From the NCBI RefSeq assembly GCF_048403405.1, contig NZ_CP183129.1: a DNA stretch of 64,000 bases; one strand, written 5' to 3'. This document shows, one piece after another, positions 25,009 to 35,078 of the stretch. The stretch's first letter is position 1. Every line of letters begins with the position of its first letter. Position numbers and translations under genes: made by a program. The DNA is from Escherichia coli. GTDB taxonomy: Bacteria; Pseudomonadota; Gammaproteobacteria; Enterobacterales; Enterobacteriaceae. Below the pieces are notes generated by a model, which was not told the DNA's origin, did no database searches, and saw only the letters and a list, made by a program, of their open reading frames with translations.

Positions 25009-26148
25009 TTAGTACAGAGAGTGGGTGTTACGTTCAATATCTTCTTTGGTGATACGACCGAACATTTTCCAGTAACACCAGGCGGTGTAGAGCAGAATGA
25101 TCGGTACCAGAACCACCGCAACCCAGGTCATGACGTTAAGCGTCAGCTGGCTGGAAGTTGCATCCCACATTGTCAGACTTGCGTTCATCATGGTGCTGGA
25201 CGGCATCACAAACGGGAACATTGCGATACCGGCTGTCAGGATGATGCAGGCCAGCGTCAGGGAGGAGAACACAAACGCCCACGCGGCTTTATCCATACGT
25301 GCAGTCAGGATGGTCAGCAGCGGCAGAACCACACCCAGTGCCGGAATAGCCCACAGAATTGGCGTGTTGTTGAAGTTAACCAGCCATGCGCCAGCTTCAC
25401 GAACCACTTCTTTATTCAGTGGGTTAGAGGCTGCGTAATGGTCCATTGTCGATTTCACGACATAACCATCGATACCGTACATCACCCATACGCCAGCCAG
25501 TGCGAAACAGACCAGTGTCACCAGTGCCGCCACCTGAGCCGTTGCACGGGTACGCAGGTGCAGTTCGCCCACGGTACGCATTTGCAGATAGGTTGCGCCC
25601 TGAGTAATGATCATCCCTACGCTCACCACGCCTGCCAGCAGGCCGAACGGGTTAAGCAGCTGGAAGAAGTTACCGGTGTAGTACAGACGCAGATATTCAT
25701 CAACGTTGAACGGTACGCCCTGCAACAGGTTACCGAACGCTACACCAATCACCAGCGGCGGAACGAAGCTACCAATGAAGATGCCCCAGTCCCACATGTT
25801 ACGCCAGCGGGTTTCTTCAATCTTGGAGCGGTAGTCAAAACCGACCGGACGGAAGAACAAAGACGCCAGCACGAGGATCATCGCCACATAGAATCCGGAG
25901 AACGCAGCGGCATAGACCATCGGCCAGGCAGCAAACAGAGCGCCGCCCGCGGTGATAAGCCAAACCTGGTTACCGTCCCAGTGTGGTGCGATGGAGTTAA
26001 TCATAATTCGACGCTCGGTGTCGTTACGACCGAGGAAACGGGTGAGCATGCCCACCCCCATGTCGAAACCGTCAGTGACTGCAAAACCAATCAGCAGAAC
26101 GCCAACCAGCAGCCACCAGATAAAACGCAATACTTCATAATCGATCAT
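25009..26148 (-). CDS. cydB: Cytochrome bd-I ubiquinol oxidase subunit II
   Basis: 379 aa; recognised as CydB. Confidence 0.96.
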   Translation of the reverse strand: MIDYEVLRFIWWLLVGVLLIGFAVTDGFDMGVGMLTRFLGRNDTERRIMINSIAPHWDGNQVWLITAGGALFAAWPMVYAAAFSGFYVAMILVLASLFFRPVGFDYRSKIEETRWRNMWDWGIFIGSFVPPLVIGVAFGNLLQGVPFNVDEYLRLYYTGNFFQLLNPFGLLAGVVSVGMIITQGATYLQMRTVGELHLRTRATAQVAALVTLVCFALAGVWVMYGIDGYVVKSTMDHYAASNPLNKEVVREAGAWLVNFNNTPILWAIPALGVVLPLLTILTARMDKAAWAFVFSSLTLACIILTAGIAMFPFVMPSSTMMNASLTMWDATSSQLTLNVMTWVAVVLVPIILLYTAWCYWKMFGRITKEDIERNTHSLY

Positions 26149-26163
26149 TTGACGACTCCTGTC

Positions 26164-27732
26164 TTAGCGTGCCGGCTGAGTAGTCGTGGAAGACTGCTCA
26201 AAGTGATAGCGACCGGTTTTCAGGCTGCTTGGGCCGAGGCGTGCAAACTTGAACATTAAGAACAATTCTGCCACCAGGAACAGGGTATACAGGCCGCAAA
26301 TCAGCACCATTGAGAAGATGAGATCGCCTGCGGTCAGTGACGAGTTCGCCACAGCTGTCGGCAGCACTTCACCGATAGCCCACGGTTGGCGGCCATATTC
26401 AGCCACGAACCAGCCCGCTTCTACAGCAATCCACGGCAGCGGAATACCATACAGCGCGGCGCGCAGCAGCCATTTTTTCTCGCCAATGCGGTTGCGGATG
26501 ACACTCCAGAAAGAGAGCGCGATGATTGCCAGCAGCAGGAAGCCACACGCCACCATGATACGGAACGCGAAGTACAGCGGCGCTACACGCGGAATGGAGT
26601 CTTTGGTTGCCTGTTGAATCTGCGCTTCAGTCGCATCAGCCACGTTTGGCGTATAGCGTTTCAGCAGCAGACCGTAACCGAGGTCTTTCTTCATGCTATT
26701 GAACTGGTCACGAACCGCCTGGTCGGTAGAACCAGAACGCAGTTGTTCGAGCAGAGAGTACGCCTTCATCCCGTTACGAATGCGTTCTTCATGCTGCACC
26801 ATCAGTTCTTTCAGGCCGATAACTGGAGTATCCACGGAACGCGTTGCAATGATGCCCAGCGCGTAAGGGATCTGGATCGCAAATTTGTTCGTCTCCTCTT
26901 CCTGATCAGGAATGCCGAACAGAGTAAAGGCAGCAGGCGCAGGTTGCGTTTCCCACTCGGCTTCAATAGCAGCCAGTTTGGTTTTCTGCACGTCGCCCAT
27001 TTCGTAACCAGATTCATCACCCAGAACAATAACAGACAGAACGGCAGCCATACCGAAGCTGGCAGCGATAGCAAAGGAGCGTTTAGCGAAGGCGAAGTCA
27101 CGACCTTTCAGCATATACCATGCGCTGATACCGAGGATGAACATCGCGCCAGTCACATAACCAGACGCTACAGTGTGAACGAATTTCACCTGAGCAACCG
27201 GGTTAAGCACCAGCTCGGAGAAGCTCACCATCTCCATACGCATAGTTTCAAAGTTGAAATCGGACGCGATTGGGTTTTGCATCCAGCCGTTCGCAACCAG
27301 AATCCACAGTGCGGACAGGTTTGAACCGAGCGCCACCAGCCAGGTGACACACATATGCTGAACTTTACCCAGACGATCCCAACCGAAGAAGAACAGACCT
27401 ACAAAGGTGGATTCGAGGAAGAAGGCCATCAGACCTTCGATTGCCAGCGGCGCACCGAAGATATCCCCTACATAGTGGGAATAGTAAGACCAGTTAGTCC
27501 CGAACTGGAACTCCATAGTCAGACCGGTAGCCACACCCAGAGCGAAGTTGATACCAAACAACTTGCCCCAGAACTTGGTCATATCTTTATAAATCTGTTT
27601 GCCGGAAAGGACGTAGACCGTTTCCATAATGGCCAGCAGGAACGCCATACCGAGCGTCAGTGGCACAAAAAGGAAGTGGTACATCGCGGTCAAGGCAAAC
27701 TGTAAGCGCGACAGTTCGACTATATCTAACAT
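26164..27732 (-). CDS. cydA: Cytochrome bd-I ubiquinol oxidase subunit I
   Basis: Start at the second Met ([20 protein letters not shown]..., 522 aa); recognised as CydA. Confidence 0.96.
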
Positions 27733-28069
27733 CATGACTCCTTGCTCATCGCATGAAGACTCCGAGAGTGAACCCCGTTAGAAAGGGTCACACGCATGCC
27801 CCAATACAAAATTATTTGCTCGCCTCTATCGTTGCCATTTCATCAAAAGAGGAAAAGACAATGATAAAAAAGTTACAAATATGTTAATGAATAAACCAAA
27901 TTGATCCCGTAATTATATTACGCCGCAAAATCCTTACAATAAACAGGTTTTTATTGAGCAAATTTGCATTTTTCGACAGTGATCAATTTATAGCGAAATT
28001 GTCACGATCTCACCAATTTGATCTACGACAATTTATCGTGTTTTGCAGATTTTTTTCAAGAATTAAAAA

Positions 28070-28083
28070 TTGATTTATATCAA
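28070..28083 (-). promoter_or_regulatory. Candidate FNR site in the cydA upstream region
   Basis: Perfect TTGAT-N4-ATCAA (ttgatttatatcaa) about 340 bp upstream of cydA; a weaker half-site match ttgatctacgacaa lies at 28018-28031. Confidence 0.55.
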
Positions 28084-28537
28084 AACCAACCAAATATGTT
28101 AATTATGTATAAACCATAGATCATTGGTGATTTTATTGTTAATTTATTGTGAAATATTTATGCAACACAATTATTACAATGAAAAGGTATAGATAAAAAA
28201 CCAGTGTTTTATTTAACAGAACCGCCTTATCCACTTTTTATAATACCAATTGATTAGATTAGCCAATTTGTTGCTATTTTACATAACATATTTTTATCAA
28301 AGTTAATTGATTGTTGCGTTTATGAGCACCGGCCGTAAGCCCGTTATGTTATTGTTTCATTAGTAATAATCACTTAAATGTATCGATGAAACAGGTATGA
28401 CTTAGCGGGAGTGATTGTTTCTGAGTGAACAGAGACCACTTTCGCCTGATAAATGAAAAATGAGCGATTTTTGCAAGTTAGTTTTTCTATAGCCGAGTAC
28501 GCTCAGCGCCTCGCTTGATTACAATGAGGTTGCTGCT

Positions 28538-29482
28538 ATGAGTCCTGATAATATCAGTTCTGCTGTCAATCGCTTCTCAGGTTGGCCATCTAATGATCCT
28601 CTAAAAACAGATAAAGAATCAATGACATCACCCATGACTGTGCAGGTAATAAAGATGATTGCCGCCATCCTTGACCCACATCGGATAGTCGTTGGAATCG
28701 ATACACTTTATACAACGCAGCGCGAAACATTTACCTCAGAGAGTCAACAGCTCATTGAATCAGCATTGCAAACACTTCATGTGATGAATTTAAATAACCT
28801 GGAAACAAATCTCGATGAGGAAGGTCACTATCTGGCTTTTGGATATAACGTTGACACTCCTGACAGAATAACCGTTTCTGCTTATAATGAAAAAAAGCCT
28901 GGCTGCTATGGCCAATGTCTTTTAATACAGGATGACGAAACAGACTTATTTAACCTGATAAAAGTTAAAATTTTTGAAGCCAGGCATAATTATGTCGCTC
29001 AATTGATGAGCGATCCGGAATTTATGTTCAAATTTAGTTATAGCGCTCAACAAAATAGATTAGAACCTCATCTTCTGGTTCCCACTTATTTCCCTCTAAA
29101 AACAAACGAACCGGTTACGCAAGAGGATGTACTGTTACTTTATCGTTTCTTTAAAATGGATGGTGATTTTAATATATTAACATCAGATGAATACATGAGT
29201 ATCATGACACCTCTGATGAAGTGTGAGCGCAGCATCCACGACCACAACAGGTATGTGACGGGCAAAGATACCCTTCTTCTGGACTATCCTCCTTCTGGTA
29301 ACCAGATATATTTCCATATTTTTCCTGACGAATCAGCAACACTAGTCCTTTATTTTTCAAACAATGACATTGAATGTTTCGTCTTTGAAAGAGATATTCC
29401 GAGCCAGTATCGCTTTTTCAAAATGTTTACCAATCTGGCACTGGTTATTGATCAGTTAACCGATGCCAATCAAATACTTTAA
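28538..29482 (+). CDS. Hypothetical protein, 314 aa, no recognisable domain; in an AT-rich block
   Basis: Long ORF in a visibly AT-rich region; polar Ser/Pro/Asn-rich N-terminus (MSPDNISSAVNRFSGWPSNDP), no signal peptide or TM segment seen; plausible purine-rich RBS-like stretch upstream (aatgaggttgctgctATG). Confidence 0.6.
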   Translation: MSPDNISSAVNRFSGWPSNDPLKTDKESMTSPMTVQVIKMIAAILDPHRIVVGIDTLYTTQRETFTSESQQLIESALQTLHVMNLNNLETNLDEEGHYLAFGYNVDTPDRITVSAYNEKKPGCYGQCLLIQDDETDLFNLIKVKIFEARHNYVAQLMSDPEFMFKFSYSAQQNRLEPHLLVPTYFPLKTNEPVTQEDVLLLYRFFKMDGDFNILTSDEYMSIMTPLMKCERSIHDHNRYVTGKDTLLLDYPPSGNQIYFHIFPDESATLVLYFSNNDIECFVFERDIPSQYRFFKMFTNLALVIDQLTDANQIL

Positions 29483-29562
29483 TTTTTATATATTCCCTGT
29501 GGCAAATATTGCTAAACAATGCCCGGGGATTAATTTTTATTACTCACGGAAAGATTTAAATA

Positions 29563-29985
29563 ATGATCCCATCTCAAATCTCTTTCAACACCCTTCCTGT
29601 CAATGCAACATACGCTTCAGAGACAACAGTTGACACACAAAAATTCTCTGACATCCTCTACTCAGCGGGGTGTTCCCTAAAGGATCTGGCTTATTTGAGC
29701 AGATGTCTGGCATCAATACATCCGACTATCGCCAAAAACATTTATGAAACAGAAAATCTCAGCGATCAAAAATTACTACATATTGATTGCCGTAGTACAA
29801 ATGAAATCAAGATAAATATCTTTTTTGGTCAACAACGAGAAGGATTAATTGAAATTAGTTCTGACACAGTCATTTTTTCGATACTGTCTTCATTGATTGA
29901 CTCCACCATTTCTAAATTTCAACACCAAAACCCCGTTAACGGTTCTGTAAATCCTGACCTATTGTATGAGGATTATACTGATTAA
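29563..29985 (+). CDS. Hypothetical protein, 140 aa, acidic, no recognisable domain
   Basis: ORF 80 bp downstream of the 314-aa ORF on the same strand; by my count about 17 Asp+Glu against about 9 Lys+Arg; same AT-rich context. Confidence 0.5.
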   Translation: MIPSQISFNTLPVNATYASETTVDTQKFSDILYSAGCSLKDLAYLSRCLASIHPTIAKNIYETENLSDQKLLHIDCRSTNEIKINIFFGQQREGLIEISSDTVIFSILSSLIDSTISKFQHQNPVNGSVNPDLLYEDYTD

Positions 29986-30532
29986 ATCCCTCCTGTCGCG
30001 AAAAATGGCCTGCGTTATTGCCAGACGTAATAAAACTTTTGATTAACGTTTCTCGTACTGGTAGCACCTTCATGTACTTTTCTTTTTTACGAAAAATCAA
30101 AAGAGCTAACAAAGGTCATAATTCGCATGAATCATTAATTATTTGTTATTTTCAACATTATTTTTACATTAAGCAGAGATGAATTGCAGTGAAATTCGAC
30201 TTAACTTTTATGAAATGCATTTACTCATGGCTAAAGCCACGTCACAAAAATGCAAATTAGAAGTAGATCACAAATATCTCAATACATCAAATCAAGTTAA
30301 TTTTAAAAATTTAATATTCATGACATTAGTTGACATAACACACTGAATTATAATGAGAATTTGAAAACACACTTTAAACAATCATTTCCCGAAAGACATT
30401 TTGAAAATAGATCAATTGCAACATTACGGTCAGATAAAGACACTCCTGTGATATTAAACCTGTGCCGTTATGAACGGCCATAAATACGACGTGTGTAACT
30501 TATTTTACTCTCTGTCTTACAAAGGATTACCC

Positions 30533-30982
30533 ATGAAGAAAGCAACACTTGTGATTGGCGTTATTGGCGCGGACTGCCATGCAGTAGGCAATAAAGTTCT
30601 GGACCGCGTTTTTAGCAACCATGGCTTCAGAGTCATTAATCTGGGCGTAATGGTCAGCCAGGACGAATATATTGATGCTGCCATTGAAACTGGTGCTGAC
30701 GCGATTGTCGTCTCCTCTATCTATGGGCATGGCGATATCGATTGTCTGGGCATGCGCGAACGCTGCATTGAGCGTGGGCTGGGTAACATCCTGCTCTATG
30801 TGGGCGGTAACCTGGTGGTCGGAAAACATGACTTCGCTGACGTGGAAACCAAGTTCAAAGAGATGGGATTTGATCGCGTCTTTGCCCCAAGTCATGACTT
30901 AGAAGATGTTTGTCAGCTGATGGCCCACGATATCAACCAACGTCATGACGTTGATACTCGCATTCTTGAAGAGGCAATCTGA
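30533..30982 (+). CDS. mamA: Glutamate mutase sigma (S) subunit, B12-binding component
   Basis: Start set at [21 protein letters not shown] (good RBS aaaggattacccATG); carries the cobalamin His-ligand motif DxHxxG (DCHAVG); close resemblance to clostridial GlmS/MutS as I recall them. Confidence 0.9.
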   Translation: MKKATLVIGVIGADCHAVGNKVLDRVFSNHGFRVINLGVMVSQDEYIDAAIETGADAIVVSSIYGHGDIDCLGMRERCIERGLGNILLYVGGNLVVGKHDFADVETKFKEMGFDRVFAPSHDLEDVCQLMAHDINQRHDVDTRILEEAI

Positions 30983-32370
30983 TGCAAATCGTCTCTGTCG
31001 ATATTGGATCGACGTGGACCAAAGCAGCCCTCTTCGCCCGGGAGGGGGACGCGTTAACGTTGGTTAACCACGTACTGACCCCAACCACCACCCATCATCT
31101 GGCGAAGGGTTTTTTCTCCAGCCTGAACCTGGTGTTAAACGTAGATAATGCCCTCCCCCTGTTTAACAACGGTGAGGTTGCATTGAAGTATTCCTCCTCT
31201 GCCAAAGGTGGGCTGGCGGTTGCCGCAATGGGGTTGGTGCCATCTATCACCCTGGAAACCGCGAAAGTAACCGCTCACTCTGCGGGGGCTAAAATTGCGC
31301 AATATTACGCCTACAAGCTGAACCGCCGTGATATCCAGGCACTGGAAGAAACGCAGCCCGATATTCTCTTGTTCACCGGCGGCACCGACGGCGGAGAAGA
31401 AAGCTACGGCCTGAATAACGCCCGTGTGCTGGCAGAATCCAAACTCGACTGCGCCATTATTTATGCCGGAAACCGGGATATTCAGGACGAGGTGCAGGAG
31501 ATCCTAGGGCATAAAGACCTGACCATCGTCGACAACGTTCTGCCCGATCTTGACCATCCGAACCCTTTAGCTGCACGCCAGGCTATCTGCGACATATTCC
31601 TTAAACGCATCGTTAAAGGGAAAGGGCTGGATGTCATTGTTGATAAAACAGGCGAAGAACCAATGCCGACACCATGGACGGTCTTTGAACTGGTTAAGGC
31701 AATCAGTAACGTCGATCACAGCTGGAAAGAGTTCATGCTTATCGACATGGGCGGCGCAACCACCGATGTCTATTCAGCCTGTGCCAACACGCTCTCGCCC
31801 GACACCGTTTTACACGGCGTACCGGAACCCTTCGTGAAACGGACGGTGGAAGGCGATCTGGGAATGCGCGTCTCGGCAATGGTGGTTGGTGAAAGTGCGA
31901 AAGAGTTAGTCAATGTGAATTTTGCTCAGCAACCCGCACAGCTGGACGCTTTTTATCATTACCTCCGTCATCTAGTCGCTCATCCCGACTACTTACCCGC
32001 GAATGTAGAAGAAAAATATTTCGATACCGTCCTGGCCGGACTGTGTGTGGGTTATGCCACCGAAAGACATGCGGGCACCAAAAAAGAGGTCTGCACCTGC
32101 GTCGGCAATGTCGATTTACAGATGGGACGTGACCTGACAACCGTGCGTAAAGTCGTCGGATCCGGCGGATGGCTCTCGCGTGCCAGTCAGTTCGATATGC
32201 ATCACTGGTTGAAATACCGCGAGTTAAACGACGACGGTAAACGCATTCTCTTACCGACCGAATTTGAATATTACCGCGATTCCCGGGGGCTATTACCACT
32301 GCTGGCAAACGTCGCCAGAGTCGATCCGCTGGCCGCCGCGCGCACCAGTATTCAATGCTTAACCCTATAA
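30982..32370 (+). CDS. glmL: Glutamate mutase-associated L component (MutL/GlmL-like, putative reactivating chaperone)
   Basis: 462-aa ORF whose ATG overlaps the S-subunit stop (ATGA); sits between S and E as in clostridial mutS-mutL-mutE; N-terminus [18 protein letters not shown] is an ASKHA-type phosphate-1 motif. Confidence 0.75.
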   Translation: MQIVSVDIGSTWTKAALFAREGDALTLVNHVLTPTTTHHLAKGFFSSLNLVLNVDNALPLFNNGEVALKYSSSAKGGLAVAAMGLVPSITLETAKVTAHSAGAKIAQYYAYKLNRRDIQALEETQPDILLFTGGTDGGEESYGLNNARVLAESKLDCAIIYAGNRDIQDEVQEILGHKDLTIVDNVLPDLDHPNPLAARQAICDIFLKRIVKGKGLDVIVDKTGEEPMPTPWTVFELVKAISNVDHSWKEFMLIDMGGATTDVYSACANTLSPDTVLHGVPEPFVKRTVEGDLGMRVSAMVVGESAKELVNVNFAQQPAQLDAFYHYLRHLVAHPDYLPANVEEKYFDTVLAGLCVGYATERHAGTKKEVCTCVGNVDLQMGRDLTTVRKVVGSGGWLSRASQFDMHHWLKYRELNDDGKRILLPTEFEYYRDSRGLLPLLANVARVDPLAAARTSIQCLTL

Positions 32371-32388
32371 CAATTAAGGCTGCAATCA

Positions 32389-33834
32389 ATGGAACTTCGA
32401 AATAAGAAATTAACCCATGACGAATTCATGACCGAGCGGCAACAGGTACTGAAAACCTGGGAAACCGGCAAGGATGTTGAAAACTTTGAAGATGGCGTTA
32501 AATACCAACAAACCATTCCTGAGCATAAACGCTTCTCTCTTGTGCTGTTGAAAGCAGACAAGGAAGGTAAAACCCTTAGCCAACCGCGCGCAGGTGTGGC
32601 GCTGATGGACGAACACATCGAACTACTGAAAACACTACAAGAAGAGTGCGATCTGCTGCCGAGCACTATCGATGCATATACCCGTCTGAATCGGTACGAA
32701 GAAGCGGCTGTAGGGATTAAAAAATCCATCGAAGCCGGAACCTCTAAACTGAACGGTTTACCGGTCGTTAACCACGGCGTCGCAGCTTGCCGTCGCCTCA
32801 CCGAAACTTTGCAAAAACCGCTACAGATCCGCCACGGCACGCCAGATGCGCGTCTGCTGGCTGAAATCTCGATGTCCAGCGGCTTTACCAGTTATGAAGG
32901 CGGCGGCATTTCCTACAATATTCCGTATGCCAAGCGCGTAACGCTGGAAAAATCGATCCGCGACTGGCAGTACTGCGACCGTTTAATGGGGATGTATGAA
33001 GAACACGGGATCCGCATCAACCGCGAACCGTTTGGCCCACTAACGGGTACGCTGATCCCGCCGTTTATCTCGCACTCTATCGCGATAATCGAAGGCTTGC
33101 TGGCGCTGGAACAGGGTGTGAAATCTATCACCGTTGGTTATGGACAGGTCGGCAGCCTGACGCAGGATGTTGCGGCGATCCAGTCTCTGCGTGAACTTGC
33201 ACACGAATATTTTCAGAGCTATGGCTATACCGACTATGAATTAAGTACCGTGTTTCACCAGTGGATGGGCGGCTTTCCGGAAGACGAATCGAAAGCGTTC
33301 GCTATTATCTCCTGGGGCGCAGCCGTCGCGGGGATGTCTGGTGCCACCAAAGTCATCACCAAAAGTCCGCACGAAGCCTGGGGTATCCCGACTGCCGCTG
33401 CCAACATTCAGGGGCTGAAAGCCTCCCGCCAGATGCTCAACATGGTCAACGAGCAGAAATTCCCGCCGTGCCCTGCGGTTGAACTGGAAATTGAACTGAT
33501 TAAGAGCGAGGTTCGCGCGGTACTGAATAAAGTGTTCGAACTGGGTAATGGTGATATTGCGCGCGGTACGGTGCTGGCATTTGAAGCGGGCGTACTGGAT
33601 GTGCCGTTTGCGCCAGCCGCCTGCAACGCGGGCAAAATTCTTCCGGTCCGTGACAACACCGGCGCGATACGCGTACTGGAAGCCGGAGCCGTTCCATTGC
33701 CAAAAGATATTCTCGACCTCCACCACGATTACGTTGCGGAACGCGCACGCTTTGAAGGACGCCAACCGACATTCCAGATGGTTGTAGATGACATCAATGC
33801 TGTATCCCACAGTAAATTAATAGGAAGACCATAA
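32389..33834 (+). CDS. glmE: Glutamate mutase epsilon (E) catalytic subunit
   Basis: 481 aa; MELRNKKLTHDEF..., QPRAGVALMDEHIELL, LPSTIDAYTR, NGLPVVNHGV and GGGISYNIPYAK closely parallel clostridial GlmE/MutE as I recall it. Confidence 0.9.
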   Translation: MELRNKKLTHDEFMTERQQVLKTWETGKDVENFEDGVKYQQTIPEHKRFSLVLLKADKEGKTLSQPRAGVALMDEHIELLKTLQEECDLLPSTIDAYTRLNRYEEAAVGIKKSIEAGTSKLNGLPVVNHGVAACRRLTETLQKPLQIRHGTPDARLLAEISMSSGFTSYEGGGISYNIPYAKRVTLEKSIRDWQYCDRLMGMYEEHGIRINREPFGPLTGTLIPPFISHSIAIIEGLLALEQGVKSITVGYGQVGSLTQDVAAIQSLRELAHEYFQSYGYTDYELSTVFHQWMGGFPEDESKAFAIISWGAAVAGMSGATKVITKSPHEAWGIPTAAANIQGLKASRQMLNMVNEQKFPPCPAVELEIELIKSEVRAVLNKVFELGNGDIARGTVLAFEAGVLDVPFAPAACNAGKILPVRDNTGAIRVLEAGAVPLPKDILDLHHDYVAERARFEGRQPTFQMVVDDINAVSHSKLIGRP

Positions 33835-35075
33835 TGAAAATAAAACAGGCTCTGTTCACCGCTGGCTACTCCTCATTCTATTTCGATGACCAGCAGGCGA
33901 TAAAAAACGGAGCGGGTCACGACGGTTTTTTTTATACCGGGGAGCCGGTAACACAGGGGTTTAACGCCGTTCGTCAGGCCGGGGAGTGCGTATCGGTACA
34001 GTTGATTCTGGAAAACGGCGCGGTCGCCGTAGGTGACTGTGCTGCCGTACAGTATTCCGGGGCAGGTGGTCGCGATCCACTGTTCCTCGCAGAGCACTTT
34101 ATTCCGTTCCTCAACGACCATATCAAGCCATTACTGGTAGGCCGCGATGTGGATGCTTTCCTGCCGAATGCCCGTTTCTTCGACAAATTGCGTATTGACG
34201 GCAACTTGCTGCATACCGCCGTGCGCTACGGATTATCACAGGCGCTGCTTGATGCTACCGCGCTGGCAACCGGCCGTCTGAAAACTGAAGTGGTCTGTGA
34301 TGAATGGCAGTTGCCACGCGTGGCGGAATCCATTCCATTATTTGGTCAGAGCGGCGACGATCGATATATCGCCGTCGATAAGATGATCCTTAAGGGCATC
34401 GACGTGCTGCCCCATGCGCTGATTAATAACGTCGAAGAGAAGCTGGGCTTTAAAGGTGAAAAACTGCGCGAATATGTCCGCTGGCTGTCGGATCGTATTC
34501 TGAGCAAGCGCACCAGCGCACGCTACCACCCTACCCTGCACATCGATGTATACGGCACTATCGGTCTGATCTTCGATATGGATCCGCTTCGCTGTGCGCA
34601 ATACATCGCCAGCCTGGAAAAAGAAGCGCAAGGCCTGCCGCTCTACATTGAAGGGCCGGTCGATGCTGGTAACAAGCCCGATCAAATTCGCCTGCTGACC
34701 GCGATTACCAAAGAGCTGACACGCCTCGGTTCCGGCGTGAAAATTGTGGCCGATGAATGGTGTAACACCTACCAGGATATTGTTGATTTCACAGATGCCG
34801 CCAGTTGCCACATGGTGCAAATCAAAACCCCGGATCTGGGCAGTATTCACAACATCGTCGATGCGGTTCTTTACTGCAACAGCCACAGCATGGAAGCGTA
34901 CCAGGGCGGCACCTGCAATGAAACTGATGTCAGTGCCCGCACCTGTGTCCACGTCGCCCTTGCCGCTCGCCCTATGCGTATGCTGGTAAAGCCAGGGATG
35001 GGCTTTGACGAAGGCCTCGATATCGTCTTCAACGAAATGAATCGTACTATCGCGCTGTTGCAGGCTAAGGATTAA
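33834..35075 (+). CDS. mal: 3-Methylaspartate ammonia-lyase (enolase superfamily)
   Basis: 413 aa; ATG overlaps the glmE stop; DCAAVQYSGAGGRDPLF, QSGDDRY, LPHALINNVEEKLG, HMVQIKTPDLG and GGTCNET match MAL as I recall it. Confidence 0.93.
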   Translation: MKIKQALFTAGYSSFYFDDQQAIKNGAGHDGFFYTGEPVTQGFNAVRQAGECVSVQLILENGAVAVGDCAAVQYSGAGGRDPLFLAEHFIPFLNDHIKPLLVGRDVDAFLPNARFFDKLRIDGNLLHTAVRYGLSQALLDATALATGRLKTEVVCDEWQLPRVAESIPLFGQSGDDRYIAVDKMILKGIDVLPHALINNVEEKLGFKGEKLREYVRWLSDRILSKRTSARYHPTLHIDVYGTIGLIFDMDPLRCAQYIASLEKEAQGLPLYIEGPVDAGNKPDQIRLLTAITKELTRLGSGVKIVADEWCNTYQDIVDFTDAASCHMVQIKTPDLGSIHNIVDAVLYCNSHSMEAYQGGTCNETDVSARTCVHVALAARPMRMLVKPGMGFDEGLDIVFNEMNRTIALLQAKD

Positions 35076-35078
35076 CAA

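Noticed and set aside
24979-26259. 426-aa plus-strand ORF antisense to cydB/cydA
   Set aside because: It fully overlaps the well-supported cydB gene on the other strand, has a His/Gln/Cys/Arg-rich composition typical of antisense frames of GC-rich membrane-protein genes, and no RBS.
28538-29985. Calling the two orphan ORFs a type III effector plus chaperone pair or a toxin plus immunity pair as annotated features
   Set aside because: The idea rests only on N-terminal composition, size and charge; no homology or motif supports it, so it is left as a hypothesis in the findings and the ORFs are annotated as hypothetical proteins.
30470-30532. Upstream in-frame ATG that would extend the glutamate mutase S subunit by 21 aa ([21 protein letters not shown])
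   Set aside because: No Shine-Dalgarno sequence precedes it, whereas the ATG at 30533 has a strong aaagga RBS and yields an N-terminus ([10 protein letters not shown]...) that matches the canonical mutase S start.
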